From Eledone cirrhosa (Eukaryota): a stretch of DNA of 64,000 nt. The number at the start of each line of letters is the position of its first letter. Within the stretch, counting starts at the first letter, position 1. Both the position numbers and the translations under genes were made by a program. The notes beneath the pieces were generated by a model. It saw nothing but the letters and a program-made list of their open reading frames with translations, ran no database searches and was not told the origin of the DNA. The stretch lies in assembly GCA_964016885.1 (NCBI GenBank), contig OZ024745.1, positions 68,262,001 to 68,326,000 of the forward strand. The letters run 5' to 3'. Below, one piece after another: positions 15,541-28,460 of the stretch.

Positions 15541-16705
15541 CCTTCAGGAGTTACGGGACCATACATACATCAGAATCTGAGACCACGTATAACGCAACTC
15601 ATACATTTCCTGCAATTAAACTTCTTGTATCCATATTAAAAGGAGAAATGTCTAAATTAGAATTTCTAAACAAATCGTCGAATACTGGACTGTTTGAATC
15701 ACACAAATTCCACTGTTATATTATATTATAAATAGTTTTCTCATGTGTTCCTTTCCTTAAGGATGCTACATGTCGATACCGTATTGAGTAAGAGAAACCT
15801 AGCAATATATGTTATTTATACTGACTGACGCAATAGAGTTAAATTCTTTCGTTGCAATATTCTGCTATTCAATCTGAATAAAGACAACGTTTTAGTAGAT
15901 AAACATCATCACTAATACAGAAAGCTAAAAAGACAAATTAAATATAAGATAGATAACTTAATTATATAAGATGCTGACAAGATATTTAAGTAATAAAAGT
16001 GTGTATTTGACTATTTCCGATGTTTGAAATATCAAACATAAGTACAGTAAGCGTAAAATACGTGAATATGTGGTCAGAATTACTTTAAAATGAATTTATC
16101 AATTACTCGTATTTCCACACGCCATTCCAGTTCTTTTATGAGTATTATATAGAGCAAGTCATTTGCTAGAATGCGCTGATGAAAGCAAATAGATCATAAC
16201 CGTTCCGAATTATTGCTCTTGCTTGCTCCATCAAACTATTGCTATTTATGATGTTGAAAACATTGGAAATTATAAAGATCAGCCTTTTATTATAAAACAA
16301 ATACATTCATCTATCTATCTATCTATATATTAATACTAAAATTCTGTGATTGCTTGCTTGCTTCTCTGAAATGTAATACAGCCAAAACGGCGAATAATGG
16401 GAAAATACTTTGAAAGGAAGTTGCCCCTGAAATAGGAATACAAATGGAATAAAACAAGTTTCGCGTAAATCGGAGCACGGGTTCCCGAGATACGGGGTTT
16501 TTACAATATAACCAATAACCCTCTCGCTATATATTATAACGCCCTCTCTTTCTATATATTATAACCTTCTCTCTATATATATTATAACCTTCTCTCTTTC
16601 TATATATTATAACCCTCTTTCTATATATATATTACTAGACTACACGTGATCCAATGGGTCTCGGGTGGTCTAATTTCTTCTAATATTCTTTTACTGATTT
16701 CAAAT

Positions 16706-16900
16706 GGTGGGAGATTGGCAGTATCTCTATGCTTTGCAGCATAGAGTTACGGTCCTTTACGGTCTAAGTTCAAATCCCGCCGAGGTTAGCTTTCCCTTTC
16801 ATCCTTACGAGGTCGATAAAATAAAGCACCAGTAATACACTAGGGTCGATTTAATCGACCCTCCTCTCCCCCCAAATTGCTGGCCTTGTGCCTATAGTAG
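16706..16900 (+). mobile_element. SINE, same family
   Basis: GATTGGCAGTATC...AGTTCAAATCCCGCCGAGG...GGCCTTGTGCCTATAGTAGA. Confidence 0.8.
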
Positions 16901-17167
16901 ATGGTACCACATTAAAGGAATTTAGTCAATCATATCGACTCTACTATATATTCTTTCTAGTTCGGTCCTTATTTTATCGAGCGCTCGTTGTCAAACCTCT
17001 AAGTTACGGTATATAAACACTGACTGTCGCAAAGTCGCACACACTATGAAACATGTAAGGTAAAAACTAATGTTTGTTATGTCATTCTAGTTACGTTTTA
17101 ATCAGTTTAATCGATTTAATCGATTTTTCTACCCCCTCAAATTGCTAGTCTTGTACTTAAATCAAAT

Positions 17168-17385
17168 TGGATTGGCAGTATCAGTATAACATCGAAGAAC
17201 ATGCTTTGTGGCATATAGTTAAGTCCCTTTACGTTCTGAGTTTAAATCCCACCAAGGTTTAGTTTTGCCTTTCCTGCTTACGAGATCGATAAAATAAAGT
17301 ACCAGTAACGCACTGGGGTTGATTTAATCGACTTTCCTACCCCCTCAAATTGCTGGCCTTGTGCTTAAATAAGAAATCATTATTA
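17168..17385 (+). mobile_element. SINE, same family
   Basis: GGATTGGCAGTATC...GAGTTTAAATCCCACCAAGG...GGCCTTGTGCTTAAATAAGAAATCATTATT. Confidence 0.8.
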
Positions 17386-18280
17386 TCAACAATTACAAAT
17401 ATTTACAATTACGACTCTTCAAACCATACAGACTCTAGTCAGAAGTAGGACATGCACAATCGATACATCTATTGATTATGTTTGATTTTATTTAAAGAAA
17501 AATCTTTTGTTTATCACGTTGTTAAAACGAAAATATATCTTACCATTTCAAGTAATTTTATATACACCGTTGGCTCATAATTCGCTTTACAGTGATGTCA
17601 TGAATCAATGATTTATCACCAGCAACAACAGCAAAGGCAGTTTATCATTACAAATAGATGGAAACGTATGCCTTACGGACATTATTCTAAGTCTTTAAAC
17701 GAATTAATCCGACATCTAACACTACATTAAGCAATCGATAATATAACTAAGTTTGCACACAATTTCAAACAGAAGTTGCAAATATTTTTCTATTATCACC
17801 CTATCTGGAACTCAGCCTTTTAGCCCCAACTATCAAACTTTTAAGATCCAAATTCAACGCAAAGTGTCCCAAGATCATAAACCTAACGACTAGATCTAGG
17901 TATTGCTCCCAACTTTAGTTGTAACAGTACCCAGGTTACTGATAACTAAACTCCCCGATGGCCCTCCTTACTTAAACTTTTGTTTTATTTTATATTATAT
18001 TTTTATTCACTTATATCTATCTATCTTGTTTTTGTTTCTCAACTGATACACCCCCTAGTTTGTCATGGCTCATTAGCTCTATACGGACATTTAAATTGAT
18101 TAAACACACACACATATATATTTGTATAGGAAAAAGAAGTTGAAAATGCAATTGGAGTATTTAAGAATGTTTATTTACATAGCGTCCGAAACGTTGAGAC
18201 CCTCTTCCTGCTATATCAAGCGTTAACCTAATATATCCCTTCCACATACTGTACCGATTGTGATGTTATTTCTGTTTACC

Positions 18281-18436
<156 letters not shown>

Positions 18437-18732
18437 ATAAGGGTTGACGGACCCAGCATATTTATCAATGCCAGTACCGGTTGTATCTCAGCGCACTCAA
18501 TGGGCAATGTAAGATGCATTACCAGAGTATACACATAGTTATTTGCCTCAACACAACACACGTAAAACGGGTGCCTATAAGGTTCCCGGACTCGAGTTTC
18601 TACCGCACTAATGCAGCAGTAAGGTGCACTGCACCATCTGTCTGCATATATTATGCAACAATGCACAATCGGCTTATGCGGCTTCATCAGCGGGTATCGC
18701 CTAATCAATAACCAATCGATCGACAGAATCCA

Positions 18733-18793
<61 letters not shown>

Positions 18794-19667
18794 CAACAAC
18801 AAAGAAGGTCTGGTAAGATACCAGGTGGACCATAACGCACCAGAGTACTCGGTACTTAATTCGGATACCCAGTTCGGATGTTCTCAGCCGTTATAGATTC
18901 CGTTGTGAACTGTTAGGCTACGGGCTGCAGAGCTCAACATTTTTATAAACGGAGAGAGAATAACTAATTCCACATATGTTTCAATATATAGTGGCGATAT
19001 ATACGAGGAATCTGTCCGTCGCTCTACATATCTGCAGAAATTTATATATTGTTGGACCTCTGTCGATTTCAACGATGAGTGTTCCAGTTTTTCAATGAAA
19101 AGAATAGTCTACTTTTGAAATGAAAGCATAAGAGGCTGATTCATGTACCCTTAATGTCATTTTCGGGGAGATTCAGTGTGGCACAGTTTGTGACAAGGTT
19201 GGTCTTTTGAGTATGAAGTAAAACCCACCCGGCAGGTTTCTAAATAGCTTTCGTGTACCCAATTGATCATCCTGATTGTAAGATAAAAGACGCAACGCAA
19301 AGGAACCGAACCCGGGAACTAATAATTATGAAGTGAAGTTAATTATATTTGTCTGTTCTTTTTGTCTACTTTATTAAAAGTAGACGATAAATACATTTAT
19401 AAAAGTTAATCTTCCGTGTTATATATTCTCTACTTGGAAATGGAAGGCAGGCAGCTGTTTTGTTAACATAACAAGATTAACTGTAATGTTATGTTTTAAC
19501 TAGTGCTTTGCTTCTTTTTGCCGTAGTATTCACCTGTTAGATTTCTTTACAGTCGCTACACTTAATTAGAATTGTGAGAACAAGATATACTATGTGCGTT
19601 CTCCAAATCCTGAAAAAATAAAAAGATAATCGCTATCACTTTTTCGCCATCTGACGCCCCTCTCTCT

Positions 19668-19700
<33 letters not shown>

Positions 19701-20121
19701 ATTGATACCCTCTGCTTATTCTGCTTATTAATGCATTTTCGTGTTTAACTTACTCCATTAACATAAATCGCCGGAAATGTTTTACGCATTAAAAACAAGA
19801 GCAACCCAAGTGTCTAGACAGCATTGATACATATGGTTACCCTGTTACTTGCACTAGTAACCAGGAAATATTCTCTTTATAAGATCTGTCTACCGAATTT
19901 ATTTAGCAAACCACCGTGAGTTTGCATCAGATACGTTCTATTAATTACGTAACATATTCCAGTGACCCAACCAAATATAAACTCAACCTGAAACATACAA
20001 ATATTCACACACACAAAACACACATACACATTTATATATATATATATATATATACATACATACATAAATACATACATACACACATATATATATTTGTGTG
20101 TGTTTATGTATTTATGTTTAT

Positions 20122-20196
<75 letters not shown>

Positions 20197-20305
20197 GCTA
20201 ACTGAATACTCACGTGTTTTTTCCCCCAATTTTTTTTTTCTCATTTTCCCCGTTCTTTCCTCTCATCACTCTTTACTTTCTATTTATCTTCTATTTCTAA
20301 CTCTA

Positions 20306-20341
20306 TATTCTGATGAAGGATTAGTGTCCGAAACGTTAAGA
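20306..20341 (+). ncRNA. Minimal type I hammerhead ribozyme motif in a pLTR-like repeat
   Basis: tatt-CTGATGA-aggattagtgtcc-GAAA-cg-TT-aaga. The core is intact, stem II is gga/tcc, stem III is the palindrome AACGTT, and stem I has one mismatch. Confidence 0.65.
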
Positions 20342-20437
20342 CTCTCTTCCTGCTATTTCAAGCGTTAAACTAATATATTTCTTCCATGTAATGAGTCGTT
20401 TGCTTTGTTATTTTTTGTTATTACTGTTTACCTTTCG

Positions 20438-20542
<105 letters not shown>

Positions 20543-20865
20543 TTATTTATTTATATAAAAAAATATATGTATGTTATATATGCGAAAAGTAAACGGATAA
20601 ACAACATAAGGGAACGATACAGTAGCATGAATGTATATATATTAGTTTAACGCTTGATATAATAGAAAAGGATTCAACGTATTACACTTTAGACCTTATA
20701 TATAAAACGCATGTTCTTCTCAATATAAGGCAGGATATGTTTAGTTGCTTTACATAACTTGTCACAGTTGGAATACGGGCCGGAAGAACGCCGTTTTTTT
20801 TTTCTGTTTAGGCTCCTCTTATACTTAGCTTGATTTTTTTACCACCATCAAAGATCTTATAAAAA

Positions 20866-22154
20866 TATCACCAATACCACCTCCCTCACCACAACCTCCG
20901 ATACCACAATAATCATTACAACTAGACTACCACCTTCACCAGCATCCACTACACACCCACCATCACCACCACCACCACAATCACCACCGCCATCACCACC
21001 ACCACCACTATTACTATCACCACCGCCACCACCACTATCATCACCACCACCACTACCACCACCACCACAATCAACACCATCACCACCACTACTACTATTA
21101 CCACCACCACTATCGCCACCACCACCACCACCACCACCACCATCAATACCACCACCACCACAATCAACACCACCACCACCACCACCACTATCAACACCAC
21201 GACCACCACCACCACTATCAACACCACCACCACCACCACCACTATCAACATCACCACTATCACCACCACTATCACGACCATCACCACCAGCACCACCACC
21301 ACTATCACCACTATCACCACTATCACCACGACCACTACCACCCCCACCCCCACCACTATCACCACTACCACCACCACCACCACCACCACCAATACCACCG
21401 CATCACTACCACCACCACCACCACCACCACTATCACCACTATCACCACTATCACCACCACCACCACCACTACCACCACCACCACTATCACCACCACCCCC
21501 ACAATCACCACCATCACCACCACCACTAACACCACCACCACTACCACCACCACCATCAGCAGTATCACACCACTATCACCACTACCACCACCACCAACAC
21601 CACTACAACCACCACCACCACCACTATCACCACCATCACCACCACCACCACCACCAGCACTACCACCACCACCACCACCACCACCACTACCACCACCACC
21701 ACTATCATCACCACCACCACCACCACTACCACCACCACCACTATCACCACCACCACTACCACCACCACCACCACCACTACTATCACCACCACTACCACCA
21801 CCACCACCACTACCACCACCACCACTATCACCACCACCACTACCACCACCACCACCACCACCACCACCACTATCTCCACCACCACCACCTCCACCACCAC
21901 CACTACCTCCACCACCACCACTACCACCACCACCATCACCACCACCACCACTACCTCCACCACCACCACCACTATCTCCACCAACACCACCTCCACCACC
22001 ACCACCACCACCACCATCACTATCACCACCACCACCACCACCACCACCACCACCACCACTACTACCATTATCACCACCACCACCACTACCACCACCACTA
22101 TCACCACCACCACCACCACCACCACCACCACCACCACCACCAACTCCACCACCT
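20866..22154. repeat. ~1.3-kb degenerate (CAC)n array
   Basis: Directly visible; the poly-Val and poly-Thr ORFs are artefacts. Confidence 0.95.
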
Positions 22155-23170
22155 ACATTTTTAGATGTGTTAGTAAAACTATCGAACAGCCACTTCTACA
22201 ACTATATCTCTTTCTACAAACTGTCATCTTTCTCCCTCTCTCTCCTTCCTTCCCCCTCTTCCTCTCTCTCCCTCTCCCTCTCTCCTCCTCTCTCTCCCTC
22301 TCTCCCCCTCTCTCTCCTTCTCTCTCCCTGTCCCTCTCTCTACTTCTCTGTCCCCCCTCTCTCTCTCTCTCCCACTCTCTCTGTCCCCCTCATTTTCTAT
22401 CTATATCTCCACCTACTCCTTTTACTCATACCTCCACTTTCCTCTTCTGTCTTTCAATAATCCCCTTCCTACACCAACTCCTACACATTCTCCACCTCCT
22501 CCTACACATCCTCCCACCTCCGCCCACCTCCTTCTTCGTGTCTTTCGTTTTCTTCCTTTATTTTTCTGATATCTTTTATACGTTTCTACATCATCGCCAT
22601 CACCACTACCACTATCACCATCTTCCTCTTCTTTTTTCTCCCACCCCCTCTCTTCCCCTCCTCCTCCTCATCATCATCATAATCATCATCTTAATTCTTT
22701 GTGGTTGTTCTTTTTTTATTCTCTTCATTTGTCATATACTCCTCCTCCCTCCAATCTCAGGCTGTCCACTCTGTTGATCACGTGATCGGAATCATTCCCC
22801 CTCAAGGTGAGCTTCAACATGGCTACGATAATAATCTTTATCCGTTCTTGTTTAGAGCAGCTTTTGCTAGTATCACATACATCGTAGTATCACAGTATCA
22901 GTATTACATCATGATATATATCGTAGATTAATAGCATCACAGCATTTCCAGGTAGGCAGACATATTTCGTACAACAGTCTGCCATAGTTGCACAGCTCTT
23001 GCGTATAGCAAGGACAAACTGGTATAATATACGTCAGTAGCAATCTGTTGAAATTAATGTAGCAACAGACAGTAATTTCAGTAATATAAAAAATATAGTC
23101 TCTACTTTGGTATATCTATATCTATATATATATATTTATGTTTCGAGTTCGTCTTATATTTCTCATTATA

Positions 23171-23206
23171 TCTTCTAATGAAGGACTAGTGCCCGAAACG
23201 TTAAGA
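23171..23206 (+). ncRNA. Degenerate minimal HHR (same family as 20306)
   Basis: tctt-CTAATGA-aggactagtgccc-GAAACGTT-aaga. Stem I is perfect but the core carries a G5A change. Confidence 0.55.
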
Positions 23207-23328
23207 CTCATTTCCTATTATTTCAAGGTCAAGTGTTAAACTAATATATTTCTTCATTGTATTGTGTCGTTTGCTTTGTTATTTCTCGTTACTTTTTACA
23301 TGCATACATACATACATACGCACACTTG

Positions 23329-23366
<38 letters not shown>

Positions 23367-23459
23367 TACATATATATAGTTAATAAATAAAACAAAGAAA
23401 ACACAAAAGGCAATTTAACACAGTTATATTAGGTTCACATTTAGAGGAAATGGAGGCGG

Positions 23460-23495
23460 TTTCAACGTATCGGACTGAAGTCCTTCTTCAGGAAA
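23460..23495 (-). ncRNA. Degenerate minimal HHR facing the 23171 copy
   Basis: Reverse complement tttc-CTGAAGA-aggacttcagtcc-GATACGTT-gaaa. Stems I and II pair; GAAA is mutated to GATA. Confidence 0.55.
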
Positions 23496-24045
23496 GTTCG
23501 GATAAGGAGAGAACAAAATGACAAATGAGTAGTGTGAAAGGGTTAAAAAGGTGACAGGGGTGTGTGGGTGAAAAATCCGGCGTGAGCGAGGGAGGGGAGA
23601 TGCATGGGTGTGGTTGTGTGTTTGTGTGTGTCGATGATATATATATATATATAACGAAGGAATTGTGGTAAGGAACCAGATGGACCAGAAATAGCCGTCG
23701 AAACGGCTTGAGCTCTGCCGTCGGGGTCATTCGTTTTCCTATATATATATATTCGTTTTCCTATATATTATACATACAACTCAAGCAAGCCTAATTCATA
23801 AACCCTTAACCGATCTCACTCACCAGACCCATACAAGGAATGATATATATATATAGGGGAGGGTCATATTGTTGTAATAATATTGCCAGAAATAATAACA
23901 GTACACACTCACTGTTTGGTTGGTTTTCGCTTCTGTATCTTTTATATCTCCACAGTTAATTCATCCGGTCCTCAATGTTTACCATTGACTGACCAATGAT
24001 GAAAAATACAGATATATTATAGATATAAACACATATATATAGTCT

Positions 24046-24088
24046 AATAAAGTTCTTTCGTTGCACATCTGCAACATCATCAGTGGTA
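24046..24088 (-). ncRNA. HHR-like motif with weak stem I
   Basis: Reverse complement CTGATGA-t-gttgca-gatg-tgcaac-GAAA-gaac-TT. It has the same GAAAgaacTT arm as 38921-38963. Confidence 0.5.
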
Positions 24089-24139
24089 CTATTATGTTCC
24101 TCCTTTTTCTGTTGTATATATATATATATATATATAAAT

Positions 24140-24963
24140 TATGTATATATGTTGGTTGTATACCAACACCTTAGTATGCAGATTGGAGCACTCGACGAAG
24201 TGCGCAGGTGGTTTGGTTACACCGGAGTAATGTAAAATAAAATAAAATAAATAAGTCAAATGTTTAAAATTTGGCTTCGTTTATTACTGCTAGATATATT
24301 TCGATGACAGCCATCTTTGGCTGTGACCTCTTCAGGCAGTCCGAATTAGTGTGGTAGAGACGAGTACACATGTTGTTGAGGTGTATAACTTTGTCAATAC
24401 TCTGATATGCCCAGTTCCTGGTTGGGTTGTTATTTCACTGAGGAACTGGAATCATATGAATATAAACAAACGAATTTTAGCGTAAAAGGGCCTCTTCTCC
24501 TCTCATGGTCAGTTGTTAGAACATTCCTCAGTCAAAAGTCTATAGAAATTCGTTCTGAGGCAAGCCAATCTGTAGTTGTTGTTCTTGTTATTGTTAAGTA
24601 CATCTGACCTCTATTATTGTGTTGGTAGTGGTGTTGTTGTTGGAGTCAGCTAAAAAAAAAGTGATAAAGTGGTAGAAGGAATAAGATAGTAAAGGAACAA
24701 AATAAAATAAAATAATCGAATAAAATGTGTGTGTGTGTGTTAAACCCATCTCAATGTTATAAAGAATTGTAAGGTCAAACTTCCCATTGGTCAGTTTTTA
24801 GAGCATTCCTCAGTCCAAAGTCTATAGAAATTCTTTCTGGGGTGAGGCTCCCTGTAGTGTTTGTGTTTGCTATTGTTAAGTACATCTGACCTCTACCCTT
24901 ATTTTGGTAGTGTTGTTGGTGTTGTGGTCAGCTTATGTCTTGCTGCTGCTGACAATTTAGATA
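24140..24963 (-). mobile_element. HHR-bearing PLE-like terminal repeat family (relatives at 26300-26490, 32130-32455, 56230-56756)
   Basis: Shared GGCTTCGTTTATTACTGC...CTCTTCAGGCAGT...CAATACTCTGATATG segments, usually abutting (TA)n, and an internal direct duplication (24505-24650 vs 24785-24935). Confidence 0.7.
24286..24340 (-). ncRNA. Type I hammerhead ribozyme in a Penelope-like pLTR
   Basis: Reverse complement actgc-CTGAAGA-ggtcacagccaaagatggctgtcatc-GAAA-tatatc-TA-gcagt. Confidence 0.8.
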
Positions 24964-24966
24964 CTA

Positions 24967-25625
24967 CATGAGAAAAGTAAGACCAGCTTTATACAACTGG
25001 ATATCGCAGGCTACTACTCCTCAATCTCACCCATAGTACTCAATAAGGCCCTATTTTTAGTGATGTCCAATGCGGACCTAACCCGAGAAGAGGTGAGCAT
25101 CATCCACGCCGCAAGAAAGACCTTAATCCGTTTCGATGGAGACCTTTGGACCAGGAGTGATTGGCCAAATAACTTTGACATCACGATGGGCTCCAGCGAC
25201 TCAGCACAGGTAACGGACCTGGTTGGGCTCTTCCTGCTGAAGCAGATAAAAGATGAAATCCCCTGGGCGGCGGATTATATTGTGACGATGCTCTCTTCAC
25301 AGTATATGACCACAGCACCAATATGTTGGAGGCAATGAGGAGGCGTATTCGCCATTTCTTTAAGAACCAGGGGCTCAGTATAAAACTAGACCCAAATGGA
25401 AAGGTAGTTAACTTCCTAGACACCACCGTAAACCTGAACAATACTACCCCTACCACAAGCCCAACGAGAAACTCGTGTATGTTAACGCCAAGTCAAACCA
25501 CCCTAGATCCATAACCAAGGCCGTGGTGAAGAGTGTCTCGGATAGGATCTCCAGCCTAGTAAGGAAATATTCGATAACAACGCGGAATATTACAACGCAG
25601 CTCTAAATAAGGCGGCACATGGCCA
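24967..25625 (+). pseudogene. Penelope-like reverse transcriptase fragment (frameshifted)
   Basis: FIQLDIAGYYSSI, FDITMGSSDSAQVTDLVGLFLL, (G)LYCDDAL, VNFLDTTVNL and YHKPNEKLVYVNAKSNHPRSI are PLE RT and thumb motifs spread across frames. Confidence 0.88.
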
Positions 25626-25816
25626 AAATATAACATATAGTCCGAAACGCCGGGATGGGGATGGCCCAACGGACACCCACACCCGCGTTGTCCGGGGTGG
25701 GGGGCGAACCCTAACAATACAGGCAGAACAGAAACAAATAGACACCATGAGCCCGACACCCAATATGAGTAGTAGTCTCAGGGGTGATGCTAACCACCCC
25801 AGGCCCGATGACCCCA

Positions 25817-26106
25817 ACCACCACCACCACCACTATCACCACCACCACCACCAACACTACCACCACCACCACCACCACTATCACCACCACACCACCACCA
25901 CCACCATCCCCACCACTACCACAACCACCACCACCACTATCACCCCCACTATCACCACCACCACCACCACCACCACCACCACCACCGCCACTATCACCAC
26001 CACCACCACCACCACCACCACCACCACCACTACCACCACCACCACCACCACCACCAATATCACCACCATCATCACCACCACCACCACCACCACCACCACC
26101 ACCACC
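25817..26106. repeat. (CAC)n array
   Basis: Directly visible. Confidence 0.95.
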
Positions 26107-26490
26107 TACATATTTAGATGTGTTAGTAAAACTATCGAACAGACACTTCTACAACTATATCTCTTTCTACAAACTGTCATCTCTCTCCCTCTCTCTCCTT
26201 CCCTCTCCCTCTCTCCCCCTCTCTCCTTCTCTCTCCCTCTCCCTCTCTCTACTTCTCTCCCCCCCTCTCTCTCTCTCTCCCAATCTCTCTCCCATATATA
26301 AAGATGGCTGTCACCGAAATATATATATAGCAGTAATAAACGAAGCCAAATTTTAAACGGGAGATGGTGGTAGGAGGGATGAAGAAACACACACACAGAT
26401 ACTTCTAAATTGTCAGCAGCAGCAAGACATAAGCTGACCACAACACCAACAACACTACCAAATAAGGGTAGAGGTCAGATGTACTTAACG

Positions 26491-26888
26491 TACCACCACT
26501 ATCACCACCACCACCACAATCACCACCATCACCACCACCACTAACACCACCACCACTACCACCACCACTATCATCACTATCACCACCACCACTAACACCA
26601 CCACCACCACCACTACCACCATCACCACCACCACTAACACCACCACCACTATCACAACCACAACCACCACCACCACCACCACCACCACTACAACCACCGC
26701 CACCACCACCACCACCACCACTATCACCACCACCACCACCACCACTACCACCACCACCACCACTACAACCACCACCACCACCACCACCACTATCACCGCT
26801 ACAACCACCACCACCACTACCACCACCACCACTACTATCACGACGACCACCACCGCCAGCACCACTACCACCTCCACCACTACCACCA

Positions 26889-26890
<2 letters not shown>
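26491..26890. repeat. (CAC)n array
   Basis: Directly visible. Confidence 0.95.
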
Positions 26891-26941
<51 letters not shown>

Positions 26942-26942
26942 C

Positions 26943-26991
<49 letters not shown>

Positions 26992-27038
26992 CGATATTAA
27001 CAAATGGAAACTATATTTATAAAACCATATTTATTTCA

Positions 27039-27093
27039 TTATACATATTTCAAGGACACCAAGTTAAATTATTAGTGTGCTTTCATCAGATAA
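27039..27093 (-). ncRNA. Hammerhead-like motif
   Basis: Reverse complement ttat-CTGATGA-aagcacac...gtgtcctt-GAAA-tatgt-ataa. The core and stem II are present, but the cleavage-site register is imperfect. Confidence 0.5.
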
Positions 27094-27101
27094 AATATAA
27101 T

Positions 27102-27286
27102 TGTTTCTACTTTTGGCACAAGGCCATCAATTATCCCAGTGCATTACTGGTACTTTATTTTATCGACCTCGTAAGGATGAAAGGCAAAGTCAACCTCGGC
27201 GGGATTTGAACTCAGATCGTAAAGGGACGTAACTATGCTGGAAAGCATGGTGTCTGACCCTCTACCGATACTGCCAATCCACCGCC
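27102..27286 (-). mobile_element. Young full-length SINE with 22-bp TSD
   Basis: CTTTCATCAGATAAAATATAAT at 27080-27101 and 27287-27308 flanks the element. Confidence 0.92.
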
Positions 27287-27576
27287 CTTTCATCAGATAA
27301 AATATAATATAGATCAGTTTTATAAATAAATATTGACATACCCTTAAAAAATGAAACCATTACTGTTGGAAGCTCCCGGATAGTGGAGTTGTAGCTTTAA
27401 TTATATTATTTTTAAAATAACCCGTTAGGTTACGGAGAAAGAGAAAGATAAATGACGAGAGAGAAAAGAGAGAGAGAGAGAGAGGGGGAGAGAAAAGGGA
27501 GAGAGAGATAGGCCAAAATAACAGAAAGAGAAAGATATATAAAGAGAGAGGAGACAGAGAGAAGGGGGGAGATGTA

Positions 27577-27643
27577 TTTTATTATGCGCATTTCAAAAAC
27601 AAATATCATCATGCAATAATATTTGTGTTTTCATCAGATAAAA
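27577..27643 (-). ncRNA. Type I hammerhead ribozyme
   Basis: Reverse complement ttttat-CTGATGA-aaacacaaatattattgcatgatgatatttgttttt-GAAA-tgcgca-TA-ataaaa. It has a 6-bp stem I, a long stem II and a palindromic stem III. Confidence 0.82.
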
Positions 27644-27946
27644 AAGGAAGACATGATATGAAGGTTAAAAAACACTTGTGAATAGTGCAGTTTTGAATCA
27701 ACATATGTTGATATGTATATATATATACAATTAAGTTAAAGTGTACATCTACATATGTATACGGAAGTATTAGTATGCATATAAATACACACATGTATAC
27801 ATATGTACATGTACTCAGCTTTTCACTAGACACTTTACAGTGAGTGTCAGCTAGTCTGTATGTAACCACACAGACGGACCGGGTTTTAGAGTCATACGGG
27901 TTTTCAAGGAAACACATTTCCTCTATTCTCCAGAGGGCCAGACAGG

Positions 27947-27991
27947 AATATTGGACTAGTTTCGATGTTATTACATCTCATCAGCAATATT
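27947..27991 (-). ncRNA. Type I hammerhead ribozyme, array unit 1
   Basis: Reverse complement aatattg-CTGATGA-gatgt-aata-acatc-GAAA-ctag-TC-caatatt. It has a 7-bp stem I, a 5-bp stem II, a palindromic ACUAGU stem III and a GUC cleavage triplet. Confidence 0.92.
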
Positions 27992-28415
27992 TACCCATCT
28001 TCCGGCTTCTCTGGAGAATTGTAAAAGCACATATCGTTATATGCTTTTTCTATGAAAATTAGTAGTGGGTAGACTAATTTGCATAGAACGTGAGTCATTG
28101 TACGCACCGGTTCAGTGGAAACGATAAAAACAAATAACGAAACGAAATTAAATTTCGTTTCGCTTCTAACTCACTTTTGTATGACTGACGCTTAAACAAT
28201 TAAGTTAAAGTGTACATCTACATATGTATACGGAAGTATTAGTATGCATATAAATACACACATGTATACATATGTACATGTACTCAGCTTTTCACTAGAC
28301 ACTTTACAGTGAGTGTCAGCTAGTCTGTATGTAACCACACAGACGGACCGGGTTTTAGAGTCATACGGGTTTTCAAGGAAACACATTTCCTCTATTCTCC
28401 AGAGGGCCAGACAGG

Positions 28416-28460
28416 AATATTGGACTAGTTTCGATGTTATTACATCTCATCAGCAATATT
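28416..28460 (-). ncRNA. Type I hammerhead ribozyme, array unit 2
   Basis: Identical to 27947-27991, offset by 469 bp. Confidence 0.92.

Noticed and set aside
16170-16230. Isolated CTGATGA heptamers (also ~7860, ~28876, ~58953)
   Set aside because: There is no paired stem II followed by GAAA and stem I, and such hits are expected by chance.
20949-22152. Poly-Val/Thr/Pro/Gly ORFs (also 25747-27003 and 48512-50063) resembling mucins or Gly-rich proteins
   Set aside because: They are degenerate trinucleotide arrays open in several frames, with no splice or domain context.
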